Source: Nibricoccus sp. (GTDB lineage: Bacteria > Verrucomicrobiota > Verrucomicrobiia > Opitutales > Opitutaceae). Taken from it: a DNA stretch of 64,000 bases. Positions within the stretch are counted from its first letter, which is position 1; every line of letters begins with the position of its first letter. The notes under the pieces are model-generated. The model worked only from the letters and a program-made list of their open reading frames with translations, was not told where the DNA came from and made no database searches. A program made the translations under genes and the position numbers. Shown here piece by piece: positions 21,701 through 29,397 of this stretch. The DNA is taken from positions 96,001 through 160,000 of the forward strand of contig JASGHG010000001.1 in assembly GCA_047602425.1 (NCBI GenBank), given 5' to 3'.

Positions 21701-24385
21701 ATGTCCACTGCCGTCACCAGCACCCCCGCTCCCCTCGCCCCTTTGCCGGGGCCAATTAATGCGGACGCGGTACTGGACAAATTTCTTTCCGCCATCTCCG
21801 CCCGCAGGCTTTCGCTCTACCCCGAGCAGGAGGAGGCCATCCTCGAACTCTTCGCCGGGCGCAATGTCGTGCTCAACACGCCCACCGGCTCCGGCAAATC
21901 GCTCGTCGCCGCCGCGTTTCATTTCAAAGCCCTCTGCGCCGGCGAGCGTTCTGTCTACACCTGCCCGATCAAGGCGCTCGTTAACGAAAAATTCCTTTCC
22001 CTCTGCCGCGATTTCGGTCCCGAAAACGTCGGCATGATGACCGGCGACGCTTCCGTGAATCCGCAGGCTCCTGTCCTTTGTTGCACGGCCGAGATTCTCG
22101 CCAACATCGCGCTCCACCGTGGCGCCGAGAGCGACATTCGCGCGGTGATCATGGACGAGTTTCACTACTACTCCGACCACGAGCGCGGCTACGCCTGGCA
22201 GGTGCCGCTGCTCACCATGCCGCGCGCGCGTTTCCTTCTCATGTCCGCCACACTCGGCGCGACCGAGTTTTTCGAAAAGGAAATGACCAAGCTCACCGGC
22301 GCCGAGAGCGTGACCGTGCGCAGCGATCGCCGGCCCGTGCCGTTAGAGTTCGAGTATTCCGAGACGCCTCTCGCCGAGCGCATCGCCGCCCTTCTTGAGA
22401 CAAAACAGGCGCCCGTCTATCTCGTCTACTTCACGCAAAAAGCAGCCAGCGAGGCCACGCAGGATTTGATGAGCCTCAACGTCTGCTCGAAAGACGAGAA
22501 AGCCGCCATCGCCAAGGAACTCGAAGGCGTCCGTTTCAACAGCCCGTACGGAAAAGACATCAAGCGCTGGCTTCGCCACGGCATCGGCGTCCACCACGCC
22601 GGCCTGCTCCCAAAGTACCGCATCCTCGTCGAACAGCTCGCCCAAAAAGGCCTGCTCAAGCTCATCTGCGGCACCGACACGCTGGGCGTCGGCATCAACG
22701 TCCCCATCCGAACTGTTGTCTTTACCCAACTTTGGAAATACGACGGGCAGAAAGCCGCCATCCTCAACGTCCGCGATTTCCGCCAGATCGCCGGCCGCGC
22801 CGGCCGAAAGGGGTTTGACGACAAGGGCTTCGTCGTCGTGCAGGCGCCCGACTACGTGATCGAGAACAAACGCGCCGAAGAACGTGCCAAAACCGACCCA
22901 AAGAAACAAAAGAAGCTCGTCAAACAACGCGCGCCTGAAGGCGCCGTCGGTTGGGACGCCAAGACGTTCGAGCGTCTCATGGTCGCACCGACCGAGCCGC
23001 TCGTCTCCCGCTTCGACGTCAATCACGGCATGCTCCTCCTCGTGCTCAGCCGCGATGCCGATGGCTGCCGCGTCATGCGCCAACTCATCGCCGATTGCCA
23101 CGAGACCGCGCACAAGAAAAAAGCTCTCCGTCGTAAGTCTTGGCAACTGTTTCGGTCGCTCCTCGAACGCAAGATCGTCGAGTTCATTTTCGTGGATCGT
23201 GTAGGGGCGCAATCTTGTTGCGCCCGCTCGGAGAACGCCGATCCCGGGCGCAGCAAGTCTGCGCCCCAACGTTCCGGCCGAAAACTCCGCGTGAATGTCG
23301 AGCTCCAGGAGGACTTTTCACTTCACCAAGAGCTTTCACTTTATCTCATCGACACGTTGCCGAAGCTCGACCGCGAATCGCCCGACTACCCGTTCGACGT
23401 GCTCACGCTCTGCGAGGCCATCGTCGAAAATCCCGAACAAATCCTCCGCAAACAAATCGACCGGCTGAAGACCGACAAGCTCGCCGAGCTCAAGGCCGCC
23501 GACGTGCCCTATGAGGAGCGCATGGAGAAGCTCGACGAGATCGAGCACCCAAAGCCGCTCCGCGAATTCCTCTACGAGACGTTCAACTCCTTCGCCTCCG
23601 CCCATCCGTGGGTCGGCCAGGACAACATCCGCCCCAAGTCCATCGCCCGCGAGATGTACGAGCGCTACCTCTCCTTCGCCGACTACATCCGCGAGTACGG
23701 ACTCGAACGCTCCGAAGGCTTGCTCCTGCGCCACCTCTCGCAAGTCTGGAAAGTCCTCACGCAAACCGTACCCGAGACAGCCAAGACCGAATCCATCGTC
23801 GAGATGGAAGAATACTTCCGCGAACTCATCCGCGCCATCGATTCCAGCCTGCTCGAAGAATGGGAACGCCTGCGCAACCCCGACTACGTCGCCGAGCCCA
23901 CCGCCACCGACAAACCCGCCCGCCCGACAAGCTTCGACATCACCCGCGACCAAGTGTCGTTCCGCCGCCTGATCCGCACTGCCATCCTCGGCTTCCTCCA
24001 AGACATCGCCGCAAGGGACTATGAGAACGCCGCCGCGCGCTTGGCGGCGGAAACCCCAAACGCCAATAGCCAAACGCCAAAGCAGGCGAGCGAAGTACCA
24101 AGTAACAAGGACCAAGTGCCAAGTGATAAGATCCGGCGCTTGGAAAACGCGTTTGGTTCATATTTCACTGCCCGCACCCGCTTCCGCCTCGACCCCGAAG
24201 GCCGCTCCGCCAAGCACACCCACTGGTCCGACAACAATCCCCCGAACCAACTGACCGTCTCCCAGGTCCTGATCGATCCTGCCGACCAGAACGACTGGGA
24301 GGCTATCTTCACCATCGACCTCGCCGCCTCTCGCTCTGAATCGCGCGTCGTCCTCCGTTTCGATAGCGTGCAGGCGATTGGCTGA
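21701..24385 (+). CDS. DEAD/DEAH-box (Ski2/HelY-like) helicase with DUF3516-type C-terminal domain
   Basis: [51 protein letters not shown]. Confidence 0.92.
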   Translation: MSTAVTSTPAPLAPLPGPINADAVLDKFLSAISARRLSLYPEQEEAILELFAGRNVVLNTPTGSGKSLVAAAFHFKALCAGERSVYTCPIKALVNEKFLSLCRDFGPENVGMMTGDASVNPQAPVLCCTAEILANIALHRGAESDIRAVIMDEFHYYSDHERGYAWQVPLLTMPRARFLLMSATLGATEFFEKEMTKLTGAESVTVRSDRRPVPLEFEYSETPLAERIAALLETKQAPVYLVYFTQKAASEATQDLMSLNVCSKDEKAAIAKELEGVRFNSPYGKDIKRWLRHGIGVHHAGLLPKYRILVEQLAQKGLLKLICGTDTLGVGINVPIRTVVFTQLWKYDGQKAAILNVRDFRQIAGRAGRKGFDDKGFVVVQAPDYVIENKRAEERAKTDPKKQKKLVKQRAPEGAVGWDAKTFERLMVAPTEPLVSRFDVNHGMLLLVLSRDADGCRVMRQLIADCHETAHKKKALRRKSWQLFRSLLERKIVEFIFVDRVGAQSCCARSENADPGRSKSAPQRSGRKLRVNVELQEDFSLHQELSLYLIDTLPKLDRESPDYPFDVLTLCEAIVENPEQILRKQIDRLKTDKLAELKAADVPYEERMEKLDEIEHPKPLREFLYETFNSFASAHPWVGQDNIRPKSIAREMYERYLSFADYIREYGLERSEGLLLRHLSQVWKVLTQTVPETAKTESIVEMEEYFRELIRAIDSSLLEEWERLRNPDYVAEPTATDKPARPTSFDITRDQVSFRRLIRTAILGFLQDIAARDYENAAARLAAETPNANSQTPKQASEVPSNKDQVPSDKIRRLENAFGSYFTARTRFRLDPEGRSAKHTHWSDNNPPNQLTVSQVLIDPADQNDWEAIFTIDLAASRSESRVVLRFDSVQAIG
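23201..23270. repeat. Inverted pair of GTAG-type REP palindromes inside the helicase CDS
   Basis: GTAGGGGCGCAATCTTGTTGCGCCC (23201-23225) and GGGCGCAGCAAGTCTGCGCCCCAAC (23246-23270; reverse complement GTTGGGGCGCAGACTTGCTGCGCCC), 20-bp spacer. Confidence 0.8.
24051..24127 (+). repeat. Two runs of degenerate heptamer tandem repeats inside the helicase CDS
   Basis: AAACCCC AAACGCC AATAGCC AAACGCC (24051-24078) and AAGTACC AAGTAAC AAGGACC AAGTGCC AAGTGAT (24093-24127). Confidence 0.7.
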
Positions 24386-24708
24386 ATCACCGGGACCACA
24401 GGGATGCAAAAACCATTTACCCATTTATGCATAGTTATCGGCACTGATACCAAAAACGCCACCTCGTCATTAGTGCCTATCAGTGAAAATCAGTGGTTCA
24501 AAACCAACTCCCTGCTCCAGCGCTCCGCGGCCTCCGAACCTCCTCTCGTGCCCGCTGTGCTCCCACTGCTGAACGTCATTTAAGCCTTCTGCCGAACCTC
24601 ATGCACATCGGCAGCTTCAAATAGTTCGGGTTTTTTTGTCACACTCGTGTTACACGTGACAATATAGAGGAACGGACTTCCGCGTCCTCGTCTTCTCACC
24701 TCCGCCCT

Positions 24709-25248
24709 ATGTCTTCTCACGGCAACCAGCAGATTGAGCTATTTTCAAATCTTGTGCGCGTCCACCATGCCAGCTTGCGCGCGTTTGTCAGGGCGCTGGG
24801 AGCCGAGGAGGCTTGGGTTGACGACATTGCGCAGGAGGTGTTCTTGGTCGCATTTCGCAACTACGCGAAGTTCGATCCCTCCGCCGATTTTGGAAAATGG
24901 TTGCGCGGTATCGCTCGAAACCTCGTCGCGAACGAACGCCGCAAAGGTGCACGGCACACGCGTCTCCTGCCCGCGGTCGTGGTGGATGTCCTGCTCAACC
25001 AAACGCCTGAGGCAATAAATCCGGGCTACGAGCCCAACGATCTCCTTCCCGCCATGCGCGAATGCGTCGCCCAACTTCCTCCACGCAGTCAGGAGTTGTT
25101 GCACCACCGCTACACCGAAGGCGAAAACGCCAACCAACTGGCGGAACGTCTGCGTACGCGCGCAGAGGCGGTGCGCCAGTCGCTCGTTCGCATCCGGGCG
25201 ACGATAAAAACCTGCGTTGAGCGTAAACTCGGGGAGGCTCGCCCATGA
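24709..25248 (+). CDS. ECF-type RNA polymerase sigma-70 factor
   Basis: DDIAQEVFL, FGKWLRGIARN (region 2), CVAQLP..SQELL..RY and LVRIR (region 4); 179 aa. Confidence 0.92.
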   Translation: MSSHGNQQIELFSNLVRVHHASLRAFVRALGAEEAWVDDIAQEVFLVAFRNYAKFDPSADFGKWLRGIARNLVANERRKGARHTRLLPAVVVDVLLNQTPEAINPGYEPNDLLPAMRECVAQLPPRSQELLHHRYTEGENANQLAERLRTRAEAVRQSLVRIRATIKTCVERKLGEARP

Positions 25249-25952
25249 CGGACGCGCGCTACGAATATCTCGCGAATCGCGCCCTCGACAGCGAGTTGAC
25301 CGAGTTGGAGGCGTCCGAACTGGCCCAAGCGCTCGCCGAGGACGCCGCCCGACAAAACGACTTCGTCCAGCTGTTGTCGTTTTGGGAAACGTGGTCGCAA
25401 AACGCCGCCCCGGAACGTTCCGCCGACGCTTTTGTTGCCGCGTGGAAAACCCGCCAGTCGGCAGAAATCGACTCGGGCGAGTTTGCCGCTGCGATCGAAA
25501 GCAGGCTCTCTAACCAACCGCCAGCGCGCTTTTCTGAAACCACCGCTACCTTCGCCCCCTTGCTGGCTTGGTTGCGCCGCCCGGCTCGCCTCGCTTGCAC
25601 CGCCGTCGTCGCTGTCGCGATCGCATTCGGGCTTTGGATTGCCACGTCGCAAACAGCCAGCGCGCGTGTGACCATCACAGGCGAAGCCGTTTGTCCTGCA
25701 TGCGTATTGCACGAGAGCCATCAACACTCCGCCGCTGTTCGTCTGCGGATTGGCGACAAGGTGCTGGTGTACTACCTCGATCGCTCGCCGGAACTCGATC
25801 AGCAGCAAGGCACGTTCTGCAGCGGGCCCAATCCGATCAACGTCGCAGGCACGGTCCGCAAAACTAATGGCCACCTCCAACTGAAGGCCGAACAGGTTGA
25901 ATTTCCGCTCAAGAAGACACCTGAGGGCTCTCGCATCCTTTTCCCTCTATGA
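25245..25952 (+). CDS. Putative membrane-anchored anti-sigma factor with a Cys/His-rich external domain (DUF6370-like)
   Basis: ATGA overlap with the sigma gene; N-terminal LDSELTELEASEL helix, one TM segment, then ITGEAVCPACVLHESHQH...YYL...FCSG. Confidence 0.65.
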   Translation: MTDARYEYLANRALDSELTELEASELAQALAEDAARQNDFVQLLSFWETWSQNAAPERSADAFVAAWKTRQSAEIDSGEFAAAIESRLSNQPPARFSETTATFAPLLAWLRRPARLACTAVVAVAIAFGLWIATSQTASARVTITGEAVCPACVLHESHQHSAAVRLRIGDKVLVYYLDRSPELDQQQGTFCSGPNPINVAGTVRKTNGHLQLKAEQVEFPLKKTPEGSRILFPL

Positions 25953-26680
25953 AAACAAACTCGATCTCCGCCCGGTCAAATATCGAAATTCACGCCGCTG
26001 CTCCCCGACGCGCTTTCCTCAAGAACTGCGCCCTCGCCGGCACCGGCCTCGCCCCCGCGCTGCGAGGAAACGCCGCCGAGCCCACGATGCCCGCCGCTAC
26101 CGACATTTGGGAAATCTTTCGCGCCCGGCGTTCCGTGCGAAAATTCAAGTCCGATCCCGTGCCCGAAGCCGATATTCGCAAGATCCTCGATGCCGCCCGT
26201 CTCGCCGCGACCTCGGGCAACCAGCAGCCTTGGAAATTCCTCGTGATTCGCGATCCCGCTAAGATCGAGGCGATGCGCGCGGCCACCGTCGAGCGGTCAC
26301 TCAATCAGGCCAGCGGGACCATCGACGAAAAAAAGAAACAAATGGTCGAGCAGCGCGTGAGCGGCTACTTCTCCGCACCGGTTTATATCGTCGTGTTGAC
26401 CGACAACCAATCGCAGTACGTAGCCTACAATCATTGGGACGGACCTCTCGCAGCCGGAAATCTCATGCTCGCCGCCCGCGCCCTCGGTTACGGCACCGTA
26501 TTTATCAGCGATTCGATCGTCGACGAGATCACGAAGTCAGTGCTCAAAATCCCCGACCGCTACACGCGCGTCTGCATTACACCCATTGGCGTGCCGGTCG
26601 CCTGGCCACCTCCGCCCGCAAAGAAGCCCCTCGATGCATTTATCGCGTGGGAAACGCTCACGACCGACGCCTCATCCTAA
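25949..26680 (+). CDS. Nitroreductase family protein with twin-arginine (Tat) signal
   Basis: RRAFLK Tat motif; RRSVRKF, ARLAATSGNQQPWKF, NLMLAARALGYGT. Confidence 0.88.
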   Translation: MKTNSISARSNIEIHAAAPRRAFLKNCALAGTGLAPALRGNAAEPTMPAATDIWEIFRARRSVRKFKSDPVPEADIRKILDAARLAATSGNQQPWKFLVIRDPAKIEAMRAATVERSLNQASGTIDEKKKQMVEQRVSGYFSAPVYIVVLTDNQSQYVAYNHWDGPLAAGNLMLAARALGYGTVFISDSIVDEITKSVLKIPDRYTRVCITPIGVPVAWPPPPAKKPLDAFIAWETLTTDASS

Positions 26681-26724
26681 AACCCGTTCTCTATAAATCC
26701 GCTTATCGCTCATCTCTCAGCCCC

Positions 26725-27228
26725 ATGAAAACCACATCCGCTCTCCACTCCTTCGCCGCCGTCATCGGCGCCCTCGTCCTCGCCGCGCTTCCACTGCGCG
26801 CCGAGATGCCGGTCGCCAAAGCCGAACCGTCGACAACCGCCATCGAAAAAGCCATCCTCGAAGCCAATGCCCGGATGATCGAAGCCGCCAACAGCCTGAA
26901 TGCCGACGCGTTCTTCGAGTACATCTTGGATTCGGACAAAGGCGTGATCATTCAAAACGGCGTGATCTTCAAAACCCGCAGTGAAGCGCTCGAGGCGGTC
27001 AAGCGCGGCTTTGTCGGCATCGCCAAATTGAAACGCCAGATCGAAAACCCGCGCGTTATCGTCATCACGCCCGAACTCGCCGTTCTCACCGGCGAAGGCA
27101 ATACCGTCGCCACCCTTCATGATGGCCGAACCATCACCAACCGCTTCGCCATCTCCCTCATTTTCCAATGCAAAGACGGCCAGTGGAAAGTCCTGCAAGG
27201 CCACTACTCTACACCGATCCCAATGTAG
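26725..27228 (+). CDS. Secreted NTF2/SnoaL-like (DUF4440-type) protein
   Basis: Signal peptide MKTTSALH...LRA; C-terminal DGQWKVLQGHYS typical of the NTF2-like fold. Confidence 0.7.
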   Translation: MKTTSALHSFAAVIGALVLAALPLRAEMPVAKAEPSTTAIEKAILEANARMIEAANSLNADAFFEYILDSDKGVIIQNGVIFKTRSEALEAVKRGFVGIAKLKRQIENPRVIVITPELAVLTGEGNTVATLHDGRTITNRFAISLIFQCKDGQWKVLQGHYSTPIPM

Positions 27229-27553
27229 GCGCTTTCGTCACAGAGCGACCGATGGAGGCTGGTCGCCGTGACCTCATTACGTTGGTTCGTCTCTCCAGTT
27301 GTAATCACGGTTTACCTACAGATAAGCCTTCCTCCGAATCTGGCCACGCAGGCTGCGTCGTTATGCCCAGGAAAGAGCACGACAATTATGCATCGTGCCC
27401 ACCAATTCGTGTCTCTTGCGTAAAGTTCGGTAATATTTCGTACGTATATTTTCGGAAGCTGTTTCTATTTGAATATCGAAACCAACTGCCGCACTAGATA
27501 CGGCGGCCGGTCTCCGGTTCCCGCATCACAACATACAACTCCGAATCCTCCTG

Positions 27554-28078
27554 ATGAAAACGCTGCAAATCGCTAAATACATCTCCGTCCTTCTGGCTTC
27601 CACCTTTGGTTTCACCGGCGTCTATGCCGGCAGTTCGGCCACCAACAATGTCACGGCCGATATCCCCATCGTAAATGAGATCTCCGTCACCGGTGCCGTC
27701 ACCATCACCGTTGCTACGCCGACCGCTGGCGGAAAAACGGGTGGCACGGGTACCGTCGGCGCCACCAATCCGATTCTAAGACTCACCACCAACGAAACGA
27801 ACAAACGCGTCACCGTCTCGCTCGACAATGCCCTTCCCACCGGTGTCACGCTGGGCGTAAAACTCGCGGCCAACAACTCCGGCCTTTCCACCACCGAACT
27901 TACCTCCATCACCACGACCGCCGCCAATCTGCTCACGGGAATAAGCAATCTCTCCACCGATGAGCACGATGCGAGCGGCATCGCCCTGACCTACACGCTC
28001 TACCTCACGGAAGCCGCGGCCCCGGCCCACGGCGCCAACGTGCTCGTTCCGGTGGTAACCTACACCATAACCAGCTAA
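27554..28078 (+). CDS. Secreted Thr-rich beta protein, putative fimbrial/pilin-like subunit
   Basis: Signal peptide, 174 aa, ends in the amphipathic strand VVTYTITS; first gene of a four-gene operon. Confidence 0.6.
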   Translation: MKTLQIAKYISVLLASTFGFTGVYAGSSATNNVTADIPIVNEISVTGAVTITVATPTAGGKTGGTGTVGATNPILRLTTNETNKRVTVSLDNALPTGVTLGVKLAANNSGLSTTELTSITTTAANLLTGISNLSTDEHDASGIALTYTLYLTEAAAPAHGANVLVPVVTYTITS

Positions 28079-28102
28079 ACTTCCTACACCAGTCTCCGCC
28101 AC

Positions 28103-28582
28103 ATGAGCCCGCGCACTTCCGTGCTGGCAGTCAAGTGGCTTGGCCTGACGTTGGCGGCTGGGCTCCTCCTTGCCTGGCCGCCTGTCAGTTCCGCCACCGA
28201 CGATATCGTCGTCAATGGCGATGCGAGCTACAGCTTCACCGCTAACGATCTGGCTGCAGGGCCCGGGTCCAACTTCAGCACTCAGATTGTGATCGGAACG
28301 ACTTTCAATCTCCTCGTTACCTCGGACGGGCCGTGTGTCGTGATGGCCAGGCGCTCCGCCTCGGGCTGGCTCACCGCCGGGACGCTTTGGGTCCAGGTAA
28401 AATCAGGAGAAACCTTTGGCGAACCAAAGCCAATCGACATCACCGACCAGACGATATTGACGAGCCCCACTCCGCTCACGAACCAGCTCTACGTCCTACG
28501 CTATGTTTTGAGAAATGTAACCGTGGGCAACGCACCGCGCACTTACTCCGCCGCGGTGACTTTCACCGTGAGCAGCCTCTGA
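28103..28582 (+). CDS. Second secreted small beta protein, putative minor fimbrial subunit
   Basis: Signal peptide, 159 aa, C-terminal YSAAVTFTVSS strand. Confidence 0.6.
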   Translation: MSPRTSVLAVKWLGLTLAAGLLLAWPPVSSATDDIVVNGDASYSFTANDLAAGPGSNFSTQIVIGTTFNLLVTSDGPCVVMARRSASGWLTAGTLWVQVKSGETFGEPKPIDITDQTILTSPTPLTNQLYVLRYVLRNVTVGNAPRTYSAAVTFTVSSL

Positions 28583-29397
28583 TGAAAATCGCTCCATCCC
28601 TCTTTCTCGCTTTTGCCTGCGCAGCCTTTTCGCTTTTGCCCAGCATGGCCGAACCTGAGCAACCGGCCCGCGTCCGCTATACTGGCGAGCTGACGCGGGA
28701 GTTCCGGCTTGGACCTGGAGAACAGGCGGAGGGGGAACTGGTTCTACAGAACCCCTCCGCCACCCAGTCCTGCAGCGCACGGATCTATCAAACCGACTAC
28801 CAATACGCGGCCGACGGTTCCGCCGCCTATGACGCACCCGGCTCCACCGCGCGTTCCAATGCCGCTTGGATAGAGATCGACGATCATCAGCCTGAATTGA
28901 AACCCGGCGAGACCCGCGCAATTCCGTTCAAGATCACGCTTCCCCGCGAAGTCGTCCTGCGTGGCACCTACTGGAGCATGATCATGGTCGAACCATTATC
29001 CATCGAACCCGCCTCCGCAGCGCCCGGAACAATGGTGGTTAAATCAGTGATACGTTACGGCATTCAGATCGTCGTGCAGGCCGGCAACGCCGAGGCCAGG
29101 CCCCAATTCTCCCGCCAGCAAATCACCACCGAAAACGGCCGGCGCATCCTCCACCTCGATCTTGCAAATACCGGTGAATACTGGCTCCGCCCGAAAATGG
29201 AGCTCCGTCTCTTCGATGGACGAGGTCATGCGGTCGCCGTTCTTCCCGGCAAAACCCAACATGTTTTTCCCGGCACATCCGTGCGACTCCTCTTCGACCT
29301 GGCAACGCTCGCCCACGGGGACTACCTCGCGTTGATCGTGCTCGACAATGGCGATCAACTGTTTGGCGCACAGTATCGTTTTCGGATCGAAGATTGA
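28582..29397 (+). CDS. Putative periplasmic pilus-assembly chaperone-like protein (two Ig-like domains)
   Basis: TGATG coupling; signal peptide MKIAPSLF; RSNAAWI, LKPGETRAIPF, GTYWSMIMVEP, LANTGEYWLRP, VFPGTS. Confidence 0.65.
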   Translation: MKIAPSLFLAFACAAFSLLPSMAEPEQPARVRYTGELTREFRLGPGEQAEGELVLQNPSATQSCSARIYQTDYQYAADGSAAYDAPGSTARSNAAWIEIDDHQPELKPGETRAIPFKITLPREVVLRGTYWSMIMVEPLSIEPASAAPGTMVVKSVIRYGIQIVVQAGNAEARPQFSRQQITTENGRRILHLDLANTGEYWLRPKMELRLFDGRGHAVAVLPGKTQHVFPGTSVRLLFDLATLAHGDYLALIVLDNGDQLFGAQYRFRIED

